Positions 18,379-26,012 of a stretch of DNA of 33,623 bases are shown one piece after another. Every line of letters starts with the position of its first letter. Position 1 is the stretch's first letter. A program made the translations under genes and the position numbers. Where the stretch lies: NCBI GenBank assembly GCA_913060985.1, contig CAJXTQ010000001.1, forward strand, positions 1 through 33,623, in the 5' to 3' direction. This DNA is from an uncultured Micrococcales bacterium (GTDB taxonomy: Bacteria > Actinomycetota > Actinomycetes > Actinomycetales > Microbacteriaceae). Below the pieces are notes generated by a model. The model was not told the origin of the DNA, did not search any database, and saw only the letters and a program-made list of their open reading frames with translations.

Positions 18379-20145
18379 CTAAACAAGCAATTGATGTTTC
18401 GCAAGGTCTTGATAAAGCGGGGTTGATTCCAATAATTCAGCGTGGGTGCCCTGACCGATAATTTCCCCATTCTGATAAACGATGATCAAATCGCTATCCA
18501 CAACAGTTGAAAGTCGGTGAGCAATTACCAGCATTGTTCGGTTTTCGCCGACGACCTCGATTGCTTCACGCATTCTCTGCTCATTCAAACCATCCAGACT
18601 GGAGGTGGATTCGTCTAGTAGCAGTATCGGCGGGGTTGAGAGGAGTGCGCGGGCTATTGCGAGACGTTGTTTTTCTCCCCCCGAGAGCATGATTCCGTCC
18701 TCACCCACTTGAGCGTCTAGTCCTCTTGAGTCCCTGTTCAGAACATCTGAAAGATTTACACGATCAAGAACATTGATTAATTCCTCATCAGTCGCAAGCT
18801 CTTTACCCAGCAAGAGGTTGTCCCTTAGAGACCCTGCCAAAACCGGGGCATCCTGTTCGACGTAACCAATTTCTTCTCTCAGGGTGGCCCTTGAAAATGC
18901 CGTGACCGGCTGGCCATCCATCAAAATTTGACCCTCTGTTGGCTCATAGAATCTTTCAATCAGAGCAAACGTTGTTGACTTGCCGGCTCCTGAAGGTCCA
19001 ACCAGGGCAACCCTTTGCCCTCGCTTGATTTTGAAATTAATGTTCTTAAGAACTGGTTTTGATTCATCTCCAGGATATTGAAACCCAACATTTTCAAATT
19101 CAATTGCTATGTCGGTCTTTGGAGATCGCTGGATGACTTCTTCAATCTCCTCGTCGGGCAGCGCCATGATCTCCTGAATTCTTGCCAAGGCCCCAAGGGC
19201 ACTCATAACAGAGCTATAAGCGCCGAATGCCTGCAACAGCGGACCCACCAGGAAGAACAGCAGAATCACGAATGTGACCAGACTCGCAATATCGGTCTCT
19301 CCTGAAGCAACTCGCAACCCGCCTACGCCAATCACTACTATGAAGGCGATATTTAGAGATAGCTGGGCGATTGGTGCCACAACTGCGCTCAGTGACGCAA
19401 TCTTTACCCCTTGGTCGTATGCCGCCGTTGCCTCTTTGTAGATGGCTTCGCTTTCACGCTTTTCAGCTCTTGCCGCGCGGATTGTCCTGATGGCGCTCAG
19501 GGCTCTCTCTACGCTAGAGCTCATTTCCCCGACTCGCTGCTGAGCCTGAGTGGTTGCATATCTAATCCGACGTCCAGCAATAGAGATTCCAATTATTGAA
19601 AAGGCGAGGACGGCCAAAGTGGCAATCAGCAGCGGAGCATCAATTACTGCCATTGCGATCAGCGCACCGAGAAACAAAAAAGCTCCGCCGACTGCTTCGA
19701 CCAAACCTTGGGTCAAAACGGCTCTAAGCAAAGTTGAGTCACTGCCAGCCCGCGAGACCATATCCCCAATTCGTCGCTGGTCGTATTCATAAATAGGAAG
19801 TCTTAGAAGCTTTGCAATCAGCTGTTTTCTGGTGTTTAGAACCACAGCCTCACCGGTTCGAGCAAGTAAAAAATACTGAAGGCCCGAAAAACCGGCGGAG
19901 AGAAATATCAGCAATACCAGAATCGTCGCTAGCTGAAAAATTTCTTGCTGCTGTTCAACCGCACTGATGACCTGACCCACCATTACGGGCTGAGCGAGTG
20001 AGAGGCCAGCCCCGATGATGCTTAGCACCATTGCGATAATCACCGGTGTTTTCTCTGCGGTGATGTAGGGGACTAGTTCTTTGAAGCTTGCCCTTGGGCC
20101 TTTGTATTCTCGAGACCGCGGGTTGTTCTCGTTTGGATTGCTCAC
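18379..20145 (-). CDS. ABC exporter, fused permease/ATPase (homodimer type, all ATPase motifs canonical)
   Basis: Six-TM exporter domain. Walker A GPSGAGKST, signature LSGGEKQRLAIARA, Walker B ILLLDESTSSLD and H-loop VIAHRLST. GTG start. Confidence 0.85.
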   Translation of the reverse strand: MSNPNENNPRSREYKGPRASFKELVPYITAEKTPVIIAMVLSIIGAGLSLAQPVMVGQVISAVEQQQEIFQLATILVLLIFLSAGFSGLQYFLLARTGEAVVLNTRKQLIAKLLRLPIYEYDQRRIGDMVSRAGSDSTLLRAVLTQGLVEAVGGAFLFLGALIAMAVIDAPLLIATLAVLAFSIIGISIAGRRIRYATTQAQQRVGEMSSSVERALSAIRTIRAARAEKRESEAIYKEATAAYDQGVKIASLSAVVAPIAQLSLNIAFIVVIGVGGLRVASGETDIASLVTFVILLFFLVGPLLQAFGAYSSVMSALGALARIQEIMALPDEEIEEVIQRSPKTDIAIEFENVGFQYPGDESKPVLKNINFKIKRGQRVALVGPSGAGKSTTFALIERFYEPTEGQILMDGQPVTAFSRATLREEIGYVEQDAPVLAGSLRDNLLLGKELATDEELINVLDRVNLSDVLNRDSRGLDAQVGEDGIMLSGGEKQRLAIARALLSTPPILLLDESTSSLDGLNEQRMREAIEVVGENRTMLVIAHRLSTVVDSDLIIVYQNGEIIGQGTHAELLESTPLYQDLAKHQLLV

Positions 20146-20151
20146 CCTCTG

Positions 20152-20157
20152 AGCCTA
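20152..20157 (-). promoter_or_regulatory. candidate -10 box TAGGCT, 6 nt before the GTG of the ABC exporter gene
   Basis: Minus strand reads TAGGCT-cagagg-GTG(20145). The AGAGG directly abutting the GTG is too close to serve as an SD. Confidence 0.35.
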
Positions 20158-20200
20158 AGCCAATTAGGCCACCTGAGGTTTCAGTTTCTCTGTGGGCGAG

Positions 20201-20575
20201 CTAGTACAAAACCGCAAGCGTAATGTTGGCGATTGTCAATAGACCAATTGAACCAAAAACAGCTGGGTTCACAGTTGGTTTCTTTCTATAGATCAGAACT
20301 AGGGCAAGAATTGCAATAATCACAGCGGTCTTTGCACCAATAAGCGCATGGTTTACCTCAAAGCCGATTATCGAAGCCCTGTACTCAGCAACTCCGGTCA
20401 AGATCAATCCGGTTATGAACATGGTCCAGGCTCCATGGTTCATCGCTGGGACAATTCGAGCCTCTTTGGTCCGCATTGCCTTCATTTGGGTTAGGAATCC
20501 ACCAAGTAGGGCACCGATTCCAATGAAGTGCAGGATGAGGGTGATATTTCTTACTACTTCAACTGTTAATTCCAT
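20201..20575 (-). CDS. small four-helix membrane protein of unknown function, last gene of the rib operon
   Basis: 124 aa with four hydrophobic segments. Strong SD GGAGGA lies 4 nt before the ATG, and the gap after the ribH stop is 30 nt. Confidence 0.6.
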   Translation of the reverse strand: MELTVEVVRNITLILHFIGIGALLGGFLTQMKAMRTKEARIVPAMNHGAWTMFITGLILTGVAEYRASIIGFEVNHALIGAKTAVIIAILALVLIYRKKPTVNPAVFGSIGLLTIANITLAVLY

Positions 20576-20605
20576 TTTTCCTCCAGTGCTTTCAAGCTTA
20601 GGAGA

Positions 20606-21058
20606 TTATTTGAAATCCAATGCCATTTTCAGAGCTGCATAGGTTGATTCGACGCCTTTGTTGTCACCGTCATCCTGGGCTCTTTCCAAGGCTTGCTGCT
20701 CGTTTTCGACAGTCAGCAGACCAAACCCAATCGGAGTTTGGGAATCCAGCATGACTCTCACAAGCCCGTCAGTCGCTGCATTGCAAACGTAGTCAAAATG
20801 AGGTGTGTCGCCCCTAATCACAACTCCGAGCGCAATCACTGCGTCATTCTCACCGACCAGCTTGCTGGCCGCCAGAGGTAGTTCAAAAGCTCCGGGAACT
20901 GAGTGAAATTCGAATTTTTCGCATCCGGTCTCGCCTAACGCTCGCTTTGTGCCAGCAATTAGACCGTCAATAATCTGTTGATGCCAGCTCGCGTAAACAA
21001 CTGCTACCTTCAGCGCAGAAGCGTCAAGCTTGAAATCTGGAGAACCTTCACCGCTCAT
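20606..21058 (-). CDS. ribH: 6,7-dimethyl-8-ribityllumazine synthase
   Basis: VPGAFELP and VIRGDTPHFDYV motifs. 4-nt overlap with the ribBA stop. Confidence 0.93.
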   Translation of the reverse strand: MSGEGSPDFKLDASALKVAVVYASWHQQIIDGLIAGTKRALGETGCEKFEFHSVPGAFELPLAASKLVGENDAVIALGVVIRGDTPHFDYVCNAATDGLVRVMLDSQTPIGFGLLTVENEQQALERAQDDGDNKGVESTYAALKMALDFK

Positions 21059-22287
21059 TTATCTGCTTCGGGAATCATGTGCCCCATGCGATCACGCTTG
21101 GTGTCAAGATACCCCTGATTCTCTTCGCTTACTCCAACAATTAGCGGTGAGATCTCTGTAATCTCAATCCCTGCATCCTCCAGGAACTTCTTTTTCTCGG
21201 GGTTGTTGGTCATCAGTCGAACGCTTTCAACTCCAAGGTCTCTCAACATCTCTACGGCCGCTCCGTATTCACGGGCTTCACTTGGAAAACCAAGGGCAAG
21301 GTTGGCATCGACGGTGTCCATGCCCTGCTCTTGCAGAGCGTAGGCTTTCAATTTATTCAAAAGACCAATTCCGCGTCCCTCTTGGCCACGAAGGTATAAA
21401 ACGACTCCACCCTCTGGGTCCTGCTGAATCTTTTCTAAAGCTGCATCCAGTTGTGGACCGCATTCACACTTCAGCGAACCAAATGCCTCGCCGGTGATGC
21501 ACTCAGAGTGAAGTCTTACCAAAACATCTTTTTTTCCAGGATTTCCTGCAATCAATGCAACGTGATCCGCTGTTGTTCGCGCATCGTAGTAACCACGAAC
21601 TTTGAATTCTCCCCACTTCGTCGGAATTAGGGTTTCTGCCTCCAAACGGATTCGATTTGATGTTGCAGTCTCTCCGTTTGCTCTCTGGCGCATGTAGTCG
21701 CTGAGCTCATGAATATTCGTCATGCTTAGGTCAAACCGCTCTGCCATCGAAAAAAGTTCCGGAACCCGCATCATGGTTCCATCATCATTGACCATTTCAG
21801 CCATTAAACCGACCTGTTGAAGTCCAGCAAGCCGCAAAAGATCGATAGCAGCTTCGGTGTGGCCAGGCCTTTCCAGCACTCCTCCGGGCTTAGCTCGGAG
21901 TGGGAGCACGTGCCCTGGGCGGATTAGAGATGAAGGTGTTGAATCGGGGTTGGCTAAAACGTTTGCGGTGTGGGCGCGCTCGGCAGCCGAGATGCCGGTT
22001 GATGCTCGATCTGATGCATCCACGCTAACTGTGTAATTAGTTTGGTGCGGATCCTCGTTGTTTTGCCACATCACTGGAAGGTCCAACTGGTTTGCTCGGT
22101 TTTCAGTCATAGGAGCGCACAGGTAGCCGCTGGTGTAGCGGACCATCCAGGCCACCCACTCCGGAGTTGCAAGTTCGGCAGCAATAATTGCGTCTCCCTC
22201 ATTTTCGCGAGACTCATCGTCAGTAACCAGCACTGGCTTACCTGCCCTGAGGTCCTCCAGCACTTTCTCAATTGGGCTAAAAATCAT
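21055..22287 (-). CDS. ribBA: bifunctional 3,4-dihydroxy-2-butanone-4-phosphate synthase / GTP cyclohydrolase II
   Basis: DHBP synthase motif DDESRENEGD in the N-terminal half. GCH-II zinc cysteines HSECITGEAFGSLKCECG in the C-terminal half. Confidence 0.95.
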   Translation of the reverse strand: MIFSPIEKVLEDLRAGKPVLVTDDESRENEGDAIIAAELATPEWVAWMVRYTSGYLCAPMTENRANQLDLPVMWQNNEDPHQTNYTVSVDASDRASTGISAAERAHTANVLANPDSTPSSLIRPGHVLPLRAKPGGVLERPGHTEAAIDLLRLAGLQQVGLMAEMVNDDGTMMRVPELFSMAERFDLSMTNIHELSDYMRQRANGETATSNRIRLEAETLIPTKWGEFKVRGYYDARTTADHVALIAGNPGKKDVLVRLHSECITGEAFGSLKCECGPQLDAALEKIQQDPEGGVVLYLRGQEGRGIGLLNKLKAYALQEQGMDTVDANLALGFPSEAREYGAAVEMLRDLGVESVRLMTNNPEKKKFLEDAGIEITEISPLIVGVSEENQGYLDTKRDRMGHMIPEADK

Positions 22288-22880
22288 CCCTGTCTTGCTT
22301 CCATTAGTCGTTCGATGTGTTTGGCCATCACATCAACTTCGACATTGATCAGATCACCCGGTTTTTTGTAGCCAAGGGTTGTAACCTCGAGAGTTTCCGG
22401 AATCAGGCTCAGCCCAATGACATTTCCATCAATCTCATTCACCGTCAGCGAGATTCCATCAAAGGTAATTGATCCCTTCATGACCACGTATTTCATCAAA
22501 TGCTCCGGGATGCTGATTCGAACCCAGTCCCAGTTATCGCTTTTCTCTCTGGAGACAAACTCGCCAACACCATCTACGTGACCCTGAACAACGTGACCGC
22601 CAAATCTGGTTGCGGCTGTCATCGCTCTCTCGAGGTTTACCTTCTGACCGACTTCTACTCTTTGTAATCCGCTAAGCCTGATCGTTTCGTGCATCACATC
22701 GGCGGTGAAGGAATTGTCATCGATTTCAATCGCTGTTAGACAGGTCCCAGAAACCGATATTGACTCGCCTCGCTTTAGATCTTCAAGCACTTTTTTTCCA
22801 GAGATTGTGAGCCTTACGGCATCTGGCTGAGTCTCGATTGCGGTTATCTCACCAAGTTCTTCGATGATTCCTGTGAACAT
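22284..22880 (-). CDS. ribE: riboflavin synthase (alpha chain)
   Basis: Canonical N-terminus MFTGIIEELGEI from ATG 22880; the track ORF begins one codon earlier at GTG 22883. Internal duplication typical of riboflavin synthase (..GHVDGVG.., GSITFDGISLTV). Confidence 0.93.
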   Translation of the reverse strand: MFTGIIEELGEITAIETQPDAVRLTISGKKVLEDLKRGESISVSGTCLTAIEIDDNSFTADVMHETIRLSGLQRVEVGQKVNLERAMTAATRFGGHVVQGHVDGVGEFVSREKSDNWDWVRISIPEHLMKYVVMKGSITFDGISLTVNEIDGNVIGLSLIPETLEVTTLGYKKPGDLINVEVDVMAKHIERLMEARQG

Positions 22881-23917
22881 CACTTACTCCTACTCGCTCT
22901 GATGAAAACATCTTTTCCAAGGGTTTTCAGTTCCTTGATCTCCAGGTCTATCGCCTCAGAAATGTTGTTGATTCCTAGGTCTTTCAGTGCAGTTTTGTCC
23001 CCACCTAGGAGCATCGGAGCCAAATAAACCAGGAATTCGTCCGCCAAACCCTGTTTCACAAACTTGCTGGCTACGTTTGGGCCACCCTCAACTAATACGT
23101 GTCTGATGCCTCTGTCCCACAGCTCAGCCATCGCCTCTTGCAGCGACTGTGTCCTTATGACCAGTGTTTCCGCTCGATCATTGAATACCCGCAGATTTTT
23201 ATCAAGCTCTCGCTCACCAACGACGACTCGAAGAGGCTGATGTTCGAAGTAACTTCCGTCTGGCCTTCTGGCGGTAAGTTCCGGGTCATCAATAATTGCG
23301 GTTCCCGTTCCCACCAGGATCGCATCAATCTCACTTCTTCTTCGGTGAGAATCAGCCCTGCTTTCGGGTCCTGATATCCATTGACTTGAGCCGTCTGGAG
23401 CCGCACCTCTTCCATCAAGGGTCGAGGCGTACTTTACGGTCACAAAAGGTCTTTGCTTTTTCGTTGAGACTATCCAATGCCGAGCCTGGTCATCAGCCTC
23501 CGATTTCAAAAGTCCCTTGATAATCTCCACACCCTGCTTTTTTAGAAACTTGCCTCCACCGGAAGATTTCTCACCAGGATCATTCGAAGCATAAACAACT
23601 CTGGAAATTCCGGCATCAAGCAGTGCCTGGCTGCAGGGCCCGGTTTTGCCGGTGTGGTTACAGGGTTCGAGAGTGACCACGGCGGTATAGCCTTCAGGGA
23701 ATTCATTCTGGAAGCCAAACTTTTCGCGTGCGTTTTCCATTGCGATAATTTCGGCGTGGGGAGTCCCGCTTCCCATATGCCAGCCTTCAGCAACCATCTC
23801 ACCTTCAGGGTTGAGAATTACTGCACCGACTTGCGGGTTGACTCCGTGGGCGGGTCCGTTTAGTGCCAGATTGAGTGCGTGCCGCATGGCAGATTCAAAC
23901 GCGTGATTAGAAACCAT
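22880..23917 (-). CDS. ribD: bifunctional diaminohydroxyphosphoribosylaminopyrimidine deaminase / 5-amino-6-(5-phosphoribosylamino)uracil reductase
   Basis: Deaminase zinc motifs HAEIIA and TLEPCNHTGKTGPC, followed by a C-terminal reductase domain. Confidence 0.93.
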   Translation of the reverse strand: MVSNHAFESAMRHALNLALNGPAHGVNPQVGAVILNPEGEMVAEGWHMGSGTPHAEIIAMENAREKFGFQNEFPEGYTAVVTLEPCNHTGKTGPCSQALLDAGISRVVYASNDPGEKSSGGGKFLKKQGVEIIKGLLKSEADDQARHWIVSTKKQRPFVTVKYASTLDGRGAAPDGSSQWISGPESRADSHRRRSEIDAILVGTGTAIIDDPELTARRPDGSYFEHQPLRVVVGERELDKNLRVFNDRAETLVIRTQSLQEAMAELWDRGIRHVLVEGGPNVASKFVKQGLADEFLVYLAPMLLGGDKTALKDLGINNISEAIDLEIKELKTLGKDVFIRASRSK

Positions 23918-24114
23918 ACTCGCACCCTTTCAAGATTAACAACGGGGCGAGCAGCCAGAGCATGCTGGCTAGCAGCTTCTACCATCCGGACTATTACCGT
24001 CGGTTTTGGAATTTCACCAAATCAACCGCCTTCAGTTTCCCCGCTGGCTGCGGAGGCTAAAGTCGGGTCGCGGACTTTCACCGCCGGTTCAGATTTTCAC
24101 TGACCCCGAAGCAC
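23918..24114 (-). promoter_or_regulatory. FMN riboswitch (RFN element) with SD-sequestering expression platform, controlling ribD-ribE-ribBA-ribH
   Basis: The minus strand reads GCTTCGGGGTCAGTGAAAATCTGAACCGGCGGTGAAAGTCCGCGACC ... GGTTGATTTGGTGAAATTCCAAAACCGACGGTAATAGTCCGGATGGTAGAAGC. This matches both conserved halves of the RFN aptamer. P1 is GCTTC (24112-24108) pairing with GAAGC (23979-23975). Downstream, TCGCCCC can pair with GGGTGCGA, which covers the ribD SD. Confidence 0.9.
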
Positions 24115-24121
24115 ACTTAGA

Positions 24122-24127
24122 ACAATA
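24122..24127 (-). promoter_or_regulatory. candidate -10 box TATTGT for the riboswitch/rib operon transcript
   Basis: Minus strand reads TATTGT-tctaagt-GTGCTTCGGGG, which places the transcript start at the 5' edge of aptamer P1. It lies in the 24-nt gap after the trpS stop. Confidence 0.35.
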
Positions 24128-24138
24128 CTCCTTTTTGC

Positions 24139-25164
24139 TCAGTTATTCCGATTAGGAATAAAGCCAAGCGCACTCTGAACATCACTGAGAGTCTTATCGG
24201 CGGTGGCACGTGCTTTTTCCGCACCTTTAGCAAGCAGCTGGTCTAGGTGATCCGGGTTTGCCATGAGCTCATTGGTCTTGTTTCGAATTGGGGCAACGGC
24301 TTCTATAACACTGTCAGCCACAGCTGTCTTCAGCTGCCCATAACCACTTCCCGCAAACTCATCCACAATCTCAGAAATGCTTCTATTGCTAACCGCTGCA
24401 AAAATTCCTAACAAATTTGAGACACCGGGCTTGTTTTCGTAATCGAAGCGTATTTCGCCGTCGGTGTCAGTTACCGCTGACTTGATCTTCTTTGCGATTG
24501 TTGAATCCTCATCCAAAAGGTTCACTAGACCCTTCGGTTCGGCAGTCGATTTGCTCATTTTTGCAGTGGGATTCTGAAGATCGTAAATCTTTGCAGTTTC
24601 CTTCAAAATAACCGCCTCTGGCATTTCAAAGACTTTTCCGTAGCGATTATTGAATCTTTCTGCAATGTTTCTGGTGAGCTCTAGGTGCTGTCGCTGATCT
24701 TCACCAACTGGCACGGCCTTTGGTTGATATAGCAAGATATCGGCAGCCTGCAGAATTGGGTAGGTAAACAAACCCACGGATGCGTTGTCGCTTCCACCCT
24801 TCTGACTTTTGTCTTTGAACTGCGTCATGCGGCTAGCCTCGCCGAAGCTTGTGATGCAGTTCAGTATCCAAGCCAGTTCTGAGTGGGCTGGAACATGCGA
24901 CTGAACAAAAAGGGTTGACTTCTCAACATCCAAACCGCTTGCAATATATTGAGCGGCTGTCTTTCGAGTGTTCTCTGCCAATAGCTTGGGATCCTGCGGA
25001 ACTGTGATGGCATGCAGGTCGACTATCACGTAGTGGGCGTTGTGGGTTTCCTGCATGGCCACCCACTGGGTCAGGGCTCCAAGGTAATTACCCAGGTGAA
25101 GTGATGAAGCACTCGGCTGCATCCCCGATAACAGGTTAGGTTTTGTCATCTTTCCGCCATTCAC
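24139..25164 (-). CDS. trpS: tryptophan--tRNA ligase
   Basis: [19 protein letters not shown] (HIGH-type motif) and KMSKS are present. GTG 25164 overlaps the xthA stop (GTGA). ATG 25149 (MTKPNLLSG..) is an alternative start. Confidence 0.93.
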   Translation of the reverse strand: MNGGKMTKPNLLSGMQPSASSLHLGNYLGALTQWVAMQETHNAHYVIVDLHAITVPQDPKLLAENTRKTAAQYIASGLDVEKSTLFVQSHVPAHSELAWILNCITSFGEASRMTQFKDKSQKGGSDNASVGLFTYPILQAADILLYQPKAVPVGEDQRQHLELTRNIAERFNNRYGKVFEMPEAVILKETAKIYDLQNPTAKMSKSTAEPKGLVNLLDEDSTIAKKIKSAVTDTDGEIRFDYENKPGVSNLLGIFAAVSNRSISEIVDEFAGSGYGQLKTAVADSVIEAVAPIRNKTNELMANPDHLDQLLAKGAEKARATADKTLSDVQSALGFIPNRNN

Positions 25165-25979
25165 AGTGAATAGTTGGCAACCACAGGTGAGTGATCACTC
25201 CAACGAGTATCGTAGCTGGGCGCTCTGTGAACTTGATAGTCACTGGCCAGTTCTGCAAGTTTAGGTGTGGCCAGATGATAATCGATTCTCCATCCCGCAT
25301 CGTTGTCGAAAGCTTGTCCACGGTAGGACCACCAAGAATAAGGTCCAGGTGAATCAGGGTGAGCTGCACGACCAACATCGATCCACCCTTGGGTCTTCAT
25401 GAAGCCATCAAAGTAAGCTCGCTCTTCTGGGAGAAATCCCGAATTCTTCAGATTACCCTTCCAGTTTTTGATGTCCAGTTCGGTGTGGCCAACATTGAGA
25501 TCGCCAACCAAGAGAACTAATTCCTGACTAATTAGCTCTTGCATACGCTCGGTCATGGCATCCAGGAATTTATATTTTTCCACCTGCTTGGGCGAATCCA
25601 CCTCTCCGGAGTGAACATAGATGCTGACAACGGTGAGTTTTTTTCCTTCAACATCAAATTCGGTTTCCAACCATCTTCCCGCTGAGTCAAAATCATCTGC
25701 CCCTAGCTTGACTGAACGAGATTTGATTGGAAGTTTGGACAAAACTGCAACACCGGCACGTCCCTTTTGAGAGGCTTCATCGTGATCGAGGTGCCACGGT
25801 CCTCCATCTTCGGCCAGTCCCATTTCTGAAACAATCTTTTTGATGTCTGCATCACCGGCTCTCACTTCCTGTAAGGCAAGGATGTCCGGGTTGGTCTCCT
25901 TCACCCAGTCGAGCATCCCCTTTCGGTGCGCTGCACGGATCCCATTTACGTTTACTGAGGCGATTTTCAAGCTTGGCAT
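25161..25979 (-). CDS. xthA: exodeoxyribonuclease III / AP endonuclease
   Basis: [28 protein letters not shown] and WSDHSPV motifs of the ExoIII/APE1 family. Confidence 0.9.
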   Translation of the reverse strand: MPSLKIASVNVNGIRAAHRKGMLDWVKETNPDILALQEVRAGDADIKKIVSEMGLAEDGGPWHLDHDEASQKGRAGVAVLSKLPIKSRSVKLGADDFDSAGRWLETEFDVEGKKLTVVSIYVHSGEVDSPKQVEKYKFLDAMTERMQELISQELVLLVGDLNVGHTELDIKNWKGNLKNSGFLPEERAYFDGFMKTQGWIDVGRAAHPDSPGPYSWWSYRGQAFDNDAGWRIDYHLATPKLAELASDYQVHRAPSYDTRWSDHSPVVANYSL

Positions 25980-25986
25980 GTCCTTA

Positions 25987-25992
25987 AGTCTA
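25987..25992 (-). promoter_or_regulatory. candidate -10 box TAGACT for leaderless xthA-trpS
   Basis: Minus strand reads TAGACT-taaggac-ATG(25979). Confidence 0.45.
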
Positions 25993-26000
25993 TGCCGACC

Positions 26001-26006
26001 TAGAAT
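26001..26006 (+). promoter_or_regulatory. candidate -10 box TAGAAT for the leaderless EI-like gene
   Basis: Plus strand reads TAGAAT-ttgtat-ATG(26013). Confidence 0.45.
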
Positions 26007-26012
26007 TTGTAT

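Noticed and set aside
20153-20169. Inverted repeat GCCTAA-n5-TTAGGC overlapping the -10 box of the ABC exporter gene, considered as a possible operator.
   Set aside because: A 6-bp arm is expected by chance in a gap of this size. There is no second copy elsewhere in the window.
24143-24161. Inverted repeat TTATTCC-n5-GGAATAA covering the last trpS codons, considered as a possible trpS terminator.
   Set aside because: The stem is AT-rich with two GC pairs, and it is followed on the mRNA strand by an A-rich rather than U-rich sequence. It is not a credible intrinsic terminator.
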